A stretch of DNA of 64,000 nucleotides from Candidatus Saccharimonadales bacterium (GTDB taxonomy: Bacteria; Patescibacteriota; Saccharimonadia; Saccharimonadales; JBGSXW01): assembly GCA_041751215.1 (NCBI GenBank), contig JBGSXW010000002.1, forward strand, positions 67,123 through 131,122. Direction: 5' to 3'. The notes under the pieces are model-generated. The model was not told where the DNA came from and made no database searches. It saw nothing but the letters and a program-made list of their open reading frames with translations. How positions within the stretch are numbered: position 1 is the first letter of the stretch; each line of letters starts with the position of its first letter. Positions 1-6,462 of this stretch are shown one piece after another. A program made the translations under genes and the position numbers.

Positions 1-78
1 TCCTAGGCTTCGGTATCCTAGACTTGAAATGTCTTCTTTCTTGGCTTGTCGTAAAATTCGCTTTTGAATTATGTGCAT
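1..78 (-). CDS. 5' end (26 codons) of a gene running off the window; N-terminus resembles an HTH-type regulator
   Basis: ATG at 78-76, open to position 1: MHIIQKRILRQAKKEDISSLGYRSLG. Truncated, so absent from the ORF track. Confidence 0.3.
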   Translation of the reverse strand, partial: MHIIQKRILRQAKKEDISSLGYRSLG

Positions 79-81
79 GCC

Positions 82-145
82 TCAAGAGTATAGGGGTCAA
101 AGCGCTTTGTCAAGAGGTTCAAGAGTGTTCAAGAAAAAGTCTTGA
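82..145. promoter_or_regulatory. phased TCAAGA(G) hexamer repeats, candidate operator/activator sites
   Basis: TCAAGA at 82-87, 110-115, 119-124, 129-134 (9-10 bp phasing of the last three). Inverted TCTTGA at 140-145 overlaps the -35. Confidence 0.35.
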
Positions 146-171
146 CACAACGTTTGTGTCGGCGCTATTAT
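142..171 (+). promoter_or_regulatory. sigma70-like promoter
   Basis: TTGACA 142-147, 18-nt spacer, TATTAT 166-171. Confidence 0.45.
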
Positions 172-212
172 AAATGAGCACAAGAGCAAAAATAACAAGC
201 AGGGAGGGAGAT

Positions 213-422
213 ATGCGACGACAAACCAAAAACCAATTCGTAGACTTGGTAATCAGTGAGGCTAAACCCTCAGCGATTAAAAAAGTTAGTCGAAATTATC
301 GTATATGTACCCTAACCCGCTCTAAAGGGCAACAGACCATCAATCTGCGAGTACCAGAGTCCGTCCAGGACCGAATACTCGACGCCTACAAGAGCGGAAA
401 GACTGTTCGTATCTTTGCCTAA
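213..422 (+). CDS. small basic hypothetical protein (69 aa)
   Basis: ORF 174..422. Start moved to ATG 213, which follows SD GGGAGGGAG (202-210) and lies downstream of the predicted -10. Confidence 0.5.
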   Translation: MRRQTKNQFVDLVISEAKPSAIKKVSRNYRICTLTRSKGQQTINLRVPESVQDRILDAYKSGKTVRIFA

Positions 423-523
423 ATAGTGCACCAGAGAGACGTCTGTGTGAGGTGCAGAATATGAAACCGTTGCGTGCCCGGTAGCTCACGCGCAGTGGCG
501 AAATATCGGCCCTCAGTAAGACG

Positions 524-562
524 AATAAACCCGTTAGCTTCACACCTGACGGGTTTATTTAT
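524..562 (+). terminator. rho-independent terminator
   Basis: AATAAACCCGT (524-534) pairs with ACGGGTTTATT (548-558), followed by a T-rich tract. Confidence 0.55.
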
Positions 563-575
563 TTGTTGGCGGTAA

Positions 576-848
576 CTACTGAATCCTAATGTAGAACCGA
601 GTAACTTCGGTTTTTAGAACCTGGTTAAGATTTTGTATAACGGCATGTTGTTGTAGCCTGAGCTCCGAAGCCAACACTGAGCTTCTGGTCACTACCTGTA
701 CCGCGCCTTTATCGCTAAACTTTTGCGCTTGGACTTTGCCTTCAAACAATCGATCTAATTCTTCTTGAACTAGCGCGAGTTCTTCGCGGACAGTATCGCC
801 GTCAAACGCAGCCGCTTTCTTTTTGAGCAAGTCACCTAGTGAATCCAT
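576..848 (-). CDS. DUF721/DciA-family protein
   Basis: 90 aa. N-terminal LGDLLKK and the core GAVQVVTRSSVLASELRLQQHAVIQNLN match the DUF721 pattern from memory. Confidence 0.5.
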   Translation of the reverse strand: MDSLGDLLKKKAAAFDGDTVREELALVQEELDRLFEGKVQAQKFSDKGAVQVVTRSSVLASELRLQQHAVIQNLNQVLKTEVTRFYIRIQ

Positions 849-863
849 ATCTTAACTTTAGCA
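793..863. repeat. copy A of a ~70-bp imperfect direct repeat (5' end plus upstream of the DUF721 gene)
   Basis: CAAACGCAGCCGCTTTCTTTTTGAGCAAGTCACCTAGTGAATCCATATCTTAACTTTAGCA aligns to 1733-1792 with about 4 mismatches and 2 small indels. Confidence 0.8.
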
Positions 864-994
864 CCCAGCTAACTACAAAGCTAAATTAGGTTCTTGATTT
901 GAGGCTGGCGCTTTGCTGGCTAGGCAGCGGCACATGAAGCTTTTTTGGCCGCTAGATTTACTAAAAAACCTAAACTTATGATAAAAATAGACTA

Positions 995-1720
995 ATGCTT
1001 CCTAAAAAATGCCCTGTCTGTAAGAAGAAAACACTTTCGTTTAATGAAAAGTATATTTTCTGCACTAACTGTACTGTCTACAAGAAGCCGCTAAGCATAT
1101 TTCAGAAGCCGTTAGCCTGGGCGAGCAAAAAACATTGGTGGTGGAGGCTACCGATACTTGGCTGGTTTATTGCCATGCTTATAGGGAACCTGCGGAATCA
1201 TTCCTTCTCTTTAAACCGCCTTAGTAATCCGTTTTCAGCGCTTGATTTTGGCTTGCATGAGCTTGGGCATGCGCTATTTTCACCCTTTGGAGAGTTTATG
1301 CATATCGCCGGCGGATCCATATTTCAGTGTCTCGTTCCTCTGCTAGCATTAGCTGGATTTTTGCAGAAGAAGTGGTACTTTGCTGCTTCGCTGTGTTTTT
1401 GCTGGCTTGGGCTAAATCTATTTGATGTCGCGACATATGCAGCCGACGCTCGTGCTCGGTTATTGCCGCTTTCTGTTGGCCCTGGAATATTAGGTATAAA
1501 TCCTGCCGATACAGATGCGGCCTATGATCGAGCTCACGACTGGTATCAACTGCTAAGTCGAATAGATCGCTTAGATTCGGACCTAGCGATTGCACAAGGG
1601 TTACGTGTTGCTGCCACGGTTGTATTTATAATCGGACTGACGCTTGCGAGTATCTTGCTTCTACAAATGATATTGAGCTCAGTAAAAAGACTATTTAAGG
1701 GCTCAAATAGCACTATTTAG
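995..1720 (+). CDS. polytopic membrane protein with N-terminal Zn-ribbon and HExxH motif (metalloprotease-like)
   Basis: 241 aa. CPVC..CTNC at the N-terminus, HELGH motif, several hydrophobic helices. Confidence 0.45.
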   Translation: MLPKKCPVCKKKTLSFNEKYIFCTNCTVYKKPLSIFQKPLAWASKKHWWWRLPILGWFIAMLIGNLRNHSFSLNRLSNPFSALDFGLHELGHALFSPFGEFMHIAGGSIFQCLVPLLALAGFLQKKWYFAASLCFCWLGLNLFDVATYAADARARLLPLSVGPGILGINPADTDAAYDRAHDWYQLLSRIDRLDSDLAIAQGLRVAATVVFIIGLTLASILLLQMILSSVKRLFKGSNSTI

Positions 1721-1792
1721 TATTCGCGCCACCAAACGCAGCCACTTTCTTTGAGCAAGTCGCCCAGTGAATCCATGTCTTAACTTTTAGCA
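1720..1792. repeat. copy B of the direct repeat; truncated 5' fragment of a DUF721-like gene
   Basis: Minus strand reads MDSLGDLLKESGCVWWREY-stop. It abuts the stop codon of the 995..1720 gene. Confidence 0.8.
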
Positions 1793-1955
1793 TCAATTAG
1801 TGCTCTTGCATCTGGGGGCCTCCAACATTCTTGCATACTCCGAAGAACACATAGATCATGTGATTGAAGTGACAGGGTTTGCTTATGGTCTGCTCGACTT
1901 CTTCGTAGGCGCAAGCCACAACTCAAACTTCTATAGACTTTGCTTGCCAGTATCT

Positions 1956-2348
1956 TTAACCTTGAGTTCTGGCAAAAGCTCGCTGACGTTTTAAGCGGCG
2001 CCGCTCACGTTCGGATAGTCCGCCCCAAATTCCGAATTTTTCTCCGTTTTGGAGGGCATATTCAAGACAATCAACTTTAACCACGCAGCCCAGACAGACC
2101 GCCTTAGCTTCTTTTGAACTTTCACCTCTTTCCGGGAAGAACAGCTCTGGGTCTACTCCTTGGCAGTGGGCAAGGTCCTGCCATGCTTTAACGCTGTCAT
2201 CTACAAGCGCCACACTCCTTACGCCGATTGCACCAACTGCTTGAGCGCTCTCGTTGTCTTGGGCTGTTTGCTGCTCAGTGGTGTCTTCTGCTAGCTCTAT
2301 AGCCTCAACGAGATCTGAGCTTAGGTCGGGGCTAGATGCTTCTGGCAC
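1956..2348 (-). CDS. whiB: WhiB-like (Wbl) Fe-S transcription factor with acidic N-terminal extension
   Basis: 130 aa. Four Cys in the C..CxxCxxxxxC arrangement (HCQG...CLGCVVKVDC) and a GIWGG turn followed by a basic tail. Confidence 0.8.
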   Translation of the reverse strand: MPEASSPDLSSDLVEAIELAEDTTEQQTAQDNESAQAVGAIGVRSVALVDDSVKAWQDLAHCQGVDPELFFPERGESSKEAKAVCLGCVVKVDCLEYALQNGEKFGIWGGLSERERRRLKRQRAFARTQG

Positions 2349-2567
2349 TTAAAGATACCCTCGCTCTGTGCGCGCGTCTGGTTCTTTGGTGGTTCGGCGC
2401 CAACTAAGGTTGCCTGACGGGTCTATCTCAATACCGCCGGGGTTAACCTTAAACTCCGGAATATCTACCGGTTGAGGCAAGTGCTGGGGAGGCACGCCAT
2501 CTAAGGGTATCGCTGTTTCAAATCCCCCTTCGGGGATAAATGTTGGTCCTTGCTCAGTCATTAACAA
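2349..2567 (-). CDS. hypothetical protein (72 aa), directly abutting the whiB-like start
   Basis: ORF track. The stop at 2349 abuts the whiB start at 2348, on the same strand. Confidence 0.4.
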   Translation of the reverse strand: MLMTEQGPTFIPEGGFETAIPLDGVPPQHLPQPVDIPEFKVNPGGIEIDPSGNLSWRRTTKEPDARTERGYL

Positions 2568-2695
2568 GATTTTGAACTCATTCTAGCTTGGGTGCAAGCA
2601 TGAGCGACTTTACTGTGGCCCACAAACAAGGGCCACTCCTTGCGACCGAACTTTCCGGCCAATGCCGGACACGGTTCGAATCCAAGTCTCAACAA

Positions 2696-2731
2696 TGCAA
2701 AAAGCCAGGCCAAATGACCTGACTCTTTGCA
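2696..2731 (-). terminator. stem-loop directly after the tRNA-Gln 3' end
   Basis: TGCAAAAAGCCAGG / CCTGACTCTTTGCA give 12 of 14 pairs with an 8-nt loop. The minus strand ends CUUUUUGCAUUGUUG. Confidence 0.45.
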
Positions 2732-2805
2732 TGGCTGGGGCGGCAGGATTCGAACCTACGATCCCGGGACCAAAACCCGGTGCCTTACCACTTGGCCACG
2801 CCCCA
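2732..2805 (-). tRNA. tRNA-Gln (UUG), CCA encoded
   Basis: Minus strand TGGGGCGTGGCCAAGTGGTAAGGCACCGGGTTTTGGTCCCGGGATCGTAGGTTCGAATCCTGCCGCCCCAGCCA. Cloverleaf folds by hand; anticodon loop is UUUUGGU. Confidence 0.9.
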
Positions 2806-2813
2806 TTGATAAC

Positions 2814-3053
2814 CTATTTTGTCAGATTACTGATTATTTCTCTACCCTTTCCTGATTTGAGAAACTTTTCACGCACAATCGCCTCGCTTCTAGTGTTGTA
2901 CGTTTCAGAATAAACTAACACCCATGGACCTCTGCCTTTAGTGTATCGGGAAAGCTCTTGGTTGTGAGCGTCAAGCCTCCGCTCCAAGTTAGAGGTTTGG
3001 CCCACGTATCTCTTTCCGGTAGATTGGCTTTGCAGTATATAAACGCAGAACAT
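2814..3053 (-). CDS. small GIY-YIG nuclease-domain protein (79 aa)
   Basis: MFCVYILQSQSTGKRYVGQTSNLERRLDAHN... Start moved to ATG 3053, preceded by GAGG. The ORF's N-terminal 13 codons read through a tRNA-like fragment. Confidence 0.75.
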   Translation of the reverse strand: MFCVYILQSQSTGKRYVGQTSNLERRLDAHNQELSRYTKGRGPWVLVYSETYNTRSEAIVREKFLKSGKGREIISNLTK

Positions 3054-3063
3054 ATTAGCCTCA

Positions 3064-3098
3064 CGGTGCCTTATCCGCCTAAGGCGGACCACGCCCCA
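3064..3098 (-). pseudogene. partial duplicate of the tRNA-Gln 5' portion with the D-arm replaced by a GC hairpin
   Basis: 3089-3098 equals 2796-2805 and 3064-3073 equals 2778-2787 (10/10 each). The central 8 nt are replaced by TCCGCCTAAGGCGGA. Confidence 0.6.
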
Positions 3099-3150
3099 AT
3101 ACGCGACTTAGTATACCTTTAACAGATGTCTTTGACTACCGCAGGTTTTG

Positions 3151-4338
3151 CTAAGCGGCTCTTTCCCACTCTTGGTATTGTCCCGGAGTATGAATGCCGG
3201 CACTTTTAATAAGTATGCTGCTTTGTTTTGTAACCTCACCGATTTCTTTGGCTTCCATGCCGTGTTCGTTGGCCAGGGCGATAAGCTTAGCTGGTTCCGG
3301 TGTCGCGCCGATCAATCCTTGACCGCCGTGCCAAGTGGCGTAAAGTTCGCGGTCGGTCATCTTTCTTGGCTCTTTGCCGTCCTCTTCGATTATGGCTTTT
3401 TCTTGCGCAAGTCGCTGAATATCCGGTAGTTCAAACGGCTCCGAAATTACTGCCCCAAGACCGCTTTCGTGCAGAGCTCGGCCTAGCTTTTCGGGAATGC
3501 CGCCGCCAGTTACGTGAGCTACTCCGTGGAGCGGAACCCTTTCTTGCCGTCTTTCGTCATAGCCTCCAGTAGCATCAACTAACATCTTAGAGTAAATCAC
3601 GGATGGAGTTAGGGCTAGCTCACCAATTCTTTGCCCAAGCTCATTGGTTTCCTCGTGCCACTCTTCGCCGTAGGCTCGTTTAAAGATTTTGCGAACCGCT
3701 GAAATACCGTTTGATCTAAAGCCGGGATCGGCTATTCCCACCAATGTGTCGCCTTGCTTGATTTTTTGCCCGGTGATTACGCGCTCCCTATGGATTGCTC
3801 CAGAAACAACAGCATTCCAGTTGAGATGGAACTCACCGTAGCCACCAACCCGGTCACCAAGCTCGGCAGTCTCGCCGGTAAAGACCGCGATTTGAGCGGC
3901 CGCAGCAGCTGCGATGGTGCCAAGTGCTAGGTCGCGGATGTAAGGCATGGTGCGCTCGTTAATGACATTGACGTCTAAGATTGCGGTAACCCAAGCCGGT
4001 TCTCCGCCGGCAGCAGCTAAATCATCGGCTGCCATGGCGTATAAATCAAAGGCCAGAGTGTTAAAAATCAATAAGCGCTCGGCGATTTCTGGTTTTGTGC
4101 CGATACCGTCAGCACTCTCGCTGCCTTTTACGGATTCGACGTCGCGGATTCTACCGAAGTCGATTATGCGCTGGCTAGCAAAGGTGTCGCCCAGCATCTC
4201 TGGCTCGCCAAACAGCTCCGCGCGGTTAGCGTGAGTATGCAAAGAAGCTTCGTAGGCGTACTTAGAGGCGTCGTTTCCTAGATCTAAATCAACTCCAAAT
4301 GAGCGGTACGCGGCGCTGCTATCGACTTGCTCACTCAT
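3151..4338 (-). CDS. PurM/AIR-synthase-related protein
   Basis: ADGIGTKPE (PurM-type DGxGTK) and VTGGG motifs. Start set to ATG 4338 after SD AGGAG; the track start at 4353 is TTG. Confidence 0.6.
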   Translation of the reverse strand: MSEQVDSSAAYRSFGVDLDLGNDASKYAYEASLHTHANRAELFGEPEMLGDTFASQRIIDFGRIRDVESVKGSESADGIGTKPEIAERLLIFNTLAFDLYAMAADDLAAAGGEPAWVTAILDVNVINERTMPYIRDLALGTIAAAAAAQIAVFTGETAELGDRVGGYGEFHLNWNAVVSGAIHRERVITGQKIKQGDTLVGIADPGFRSNGISAVRKIFKRAYGEEWHEETNELGQRIGELALTPSVIYSKMLVDATGGYDERRQERVPLHGVAHVTGGGIPEKLGRALHESGLGAVISEPFELPDIQRLAQEKAIIEEDGKEPRKMTDRELYATWHGGQGLIGATPEPAKLIALANEHGMEAKEIGEVTKQSSILIKSAGIHTPGQYQEWERAA

Positions 4339-4472
4339 GCAATCTCCTAACAAATTTGAACTAAGTATATCTGCCTGTTGCGCTCAAGCAAGCACAAGCG
4401 GCATTGGAATAACTCGGGTTTAGAGTCAACATTGCGCAGTTTGCTACTATAAGTGTATTAAGGAGGCTTGGT

Positions 4473-4595
4473 ATGAATATTTTTGCTCACCACGCGGTGA
4501 ACCATATTACAGATAACGGAGTGCTAATTGTGGTTGGCAGCCTGGCTTTAGCAGCGCTACTAGTCTTAGCAAAATGGAGGAAAAATGAAGGTTAA
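4473..4595 (+). CDS. 40-aa small membrane ORF overlapping the sodC start
   Basis: AGGAGG (4461-4466) lies 6 nt before the ATG. MNIFAHHAVNHITDNGVLIVVGSLALAALLVLAKWRKNEG has one TM helix. Too short for the ORF track. Confidence 0.4.
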   Translation: MNIFAHHAVNHITDNGVLIVVGSLALAALLVLAKWRKNEG

Positions 4596-5106
4596 CTTAG
4601 ATACCGATCAAAAAAAAGTTTCAGCTACTGCCGAGGCGCGAGTAGAAGGCCCGGACGTTAAAGGCCAGGCTACGTTTACCGAGTACGATGTTGATGGCTG
4701 GAAGTATGTTCATCTTCGACTAGAGGTTGCCGGCGACCCAATAGTTCTAGCACCGGGCAAGCACGCCGTGCATATTCACGAAAAGGGCGACTGCGAGTGT
4801 GAGGGCTTTAAGTGCGCCGGCGGCCACTTTGATCCAGGCCCCAATGGCAACAGCGATGCTGACGCCAACCACGGTTACCACGCCGGTGATCTGCCAAGCA
4901 TCACAATCGATGAGTCTGGGAAAGGTATCCTAGAAGCGATTACCACCCGCGTAACTTTATCTGATGGTCCAGTATCAATCTTGCAGCCCGAGGGAGGCAC
5001 ATCATTGATGGTTCATGCCAACCCCGATCCTCATACTCCGGGCGAGACCGGCTCAGGCCACAGCGGGGGCCCTCGTCTAGCCTGTGGGAAGATTGAGCGT
5101 GCTTAA
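4585..5106 (+). CDS. sodC: Cu/Zn superoxide dismutase
   Basis: HAVHIHEKGDC, GGHFDP, HAGDLP and RLACGKI motifs. SD GGAGG at 4576-4580. Confidence 0.85.
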   Translation: MKVNLDTDQKKVSATAEARVEGPDVKGQATFTEYDVDGWKYVHLRLEVAGDPIVLAPGKHAVHIHEKGDCECEGFKCAGGHFDPGPNGNSDADANHGYHAGDLPSITIDESGKGILEAITTRVTLSDGPVSILQPEGGTSLMVHANPDPHTPGETGSGHSGGPRLACGKIERA

Positions 5107-6458
5107 AGGCTGTTGACGAGCTCTTTAAATTTAGTGCCGAACTCCACATTATCTTTATAGGTTGGCCCACTAGATGGTCCGCTGTCGGGTTGAGCTTTGA
5201 TGGCTCCTCCCTGAGATAGCAAGATTACGTCTCCCGGCTGGGCGTATCGTCTGGCTTCGGCCACGATTTCTGGCAAGTTTAGGTCAACCATAGATATACT
5301 GGTGAATCCGCGCTCGGCCAGCTTGGTTTTAAACTCCTCGGCCAGCTGGCCAATCAATACGATGTGCTTAACGCTAGACTTTACGATAGCGTCCAGCATC
5401 GGATCAAATGACACGCCCTTACCGTTTCCACCTAGAATCAATACTGTCGGACGTGAGTAAACCTGAACAGCCGCAATAGTAGAGTCCTGGGCTGTGGCGT
5501 AGGCATCATTAACAAAAGTGACACCGTCTAGGTCACGCACGACTTCAAAGTGGTGAGGCAAGCCTTTAAACGACCCAACGGCTTGCTTAATTGCCTCGAT
5601 GTTGCCATCGATTATCGGCCAGACCACAGCAACCGCTGCGCAGACATTTTGCAGGTTGTAATGACCTGGCAGTGCTACTTCGTCTACTTTACATACCTGA
5701 GTTTGTTCAAAATACACGGCGCCGTTTAAAACGTAGGCACCGGTCTTAGTGCTCGGTTCGTCAGCTGCAGTTTTGCCAACACTGTACGGTACTTTCTTGG
5801 CTTGGCTAGGTTCTACTATCTTAAGAGCGTTTGTAGAGTCGGCATTATAAACGACTGTTCCTTCTGAATCTTGCGAGCGAAACAACTGAGCCTTTGCTTC
5901 AATATATTCATCGAGGTCGGCGTGCCAATTAAGGTGCTCGGCAGTAATTGATAAGCACACAGTGTGCTTAATGCTCTGTTTGAAATCGATTAATTGAAAG
6001 CTAGACAGCTCTAACACTACCCAGTGATCGCTTTGGATTTCAGATAAAAGCTCTAGCGGCGCCTTGCCAATGTTGCCTCCAACGTGCACGCGCTTGCCAT
6101 CGGCTTCGAGCATCTTAGCCGCTAAAGTAGCGGTTGTACCCTTGCCCTTGGTGCCGGTAATGCCGATGATGTTTTGGCTAGGGCAAGCAGCTACAAACTC
6201 GTTTAATGAGGTAGTTACTCTGCTCATCGCCTCGCTGTTGGCTTCGGCAATCAGACGCGGGTGCATGCCAGCGGTGCGAACAATCAAATCAAATTCATCA
6301 AGATTGTTTAAGTAGTTCTCACCGAGCTGGGTTTGATACGTGCTCGGAACCTCAGCGTTCTCGTTTTTGTCGCAAACTGTAACGATATCGCCCTTAGCCT
6401 GCCAATACTGCGCAGAAATTTTTCCTTCGATTCCGTAGCCTAAAACTGCAACTTTCAT
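5103..6458 (-). CDS. murD: UDP-N-acetylmuramoylalanine--D-glutamate ligase
   Basis: 451 aa Mur ligase. GITGTKGKGTT P-loop and N-terminal Rossmann VLGYGIEG, typical of MurD. Confidence 0.7.
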   Translation of the reverse strand: MKVAVLGYGIEGKISAQYWQAKGDIVTVCDKNENAEVPSTYQTQLGENYLNNLDEFDLIVRTAGMHPRLIAEANSEAMSRVTTSLNEFVAACPSQNIIGITGTKGKGTTATLAAKMLEADGKRVHVGGNIGKAPLELLSEIQSDHWVVLELSSFQLIDFKQSIKHTVCLSITAEHLNWHADLDEYIEAKAQLFRSQDSEGTVVYNADSTNALKIVEPSQAKKVPYSVGKTAADEPSTKTGAYVLNGAVYFEQTQVCKVDEVALPGHYNLQNVCAAVAVVWPIIDGNIEAIKQAVGSFKGLPHHFEVVRDLDGVTFVNDAYATAQDSTIAAVQVYSRPTVLILGGNGKGVSFDPMLDAIVKSSVKHIVLIGQLAEEFKTKLAERGFTSISMVDLNLPEIVAEARRYAQPGDVILLSQGGAIKAQPDSGPSSGPTYKDNVEFGTKFKELVNSL

Positions 6459-6462
6459 TCTG

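Noticed and set aside
2660-2690. GGTTCGAATCC T-loop-like motif on the plus strand (possible tRNA or tmRNA piece)
   Set aside because: I could not build matching T-stem, acceptor or anticodon arms around it. It is most likely chance within the whiB-operon upstream region.
2662-2913. Plus-strand 83-aa ORF
   Set aside because: It runs antisense through tRNA-Gln and the 3' end of the GIY-YIG gene. It has no SD and is an artefact.
5108-5120. GTTGACGAGCTC resembling the conserved GUUGACGAGUU box of the S1/S2 element
   Set aside because: It lies inside the murD C-terminal coding region (…KELVNSL) with no flanking similarity. It is a chance match.
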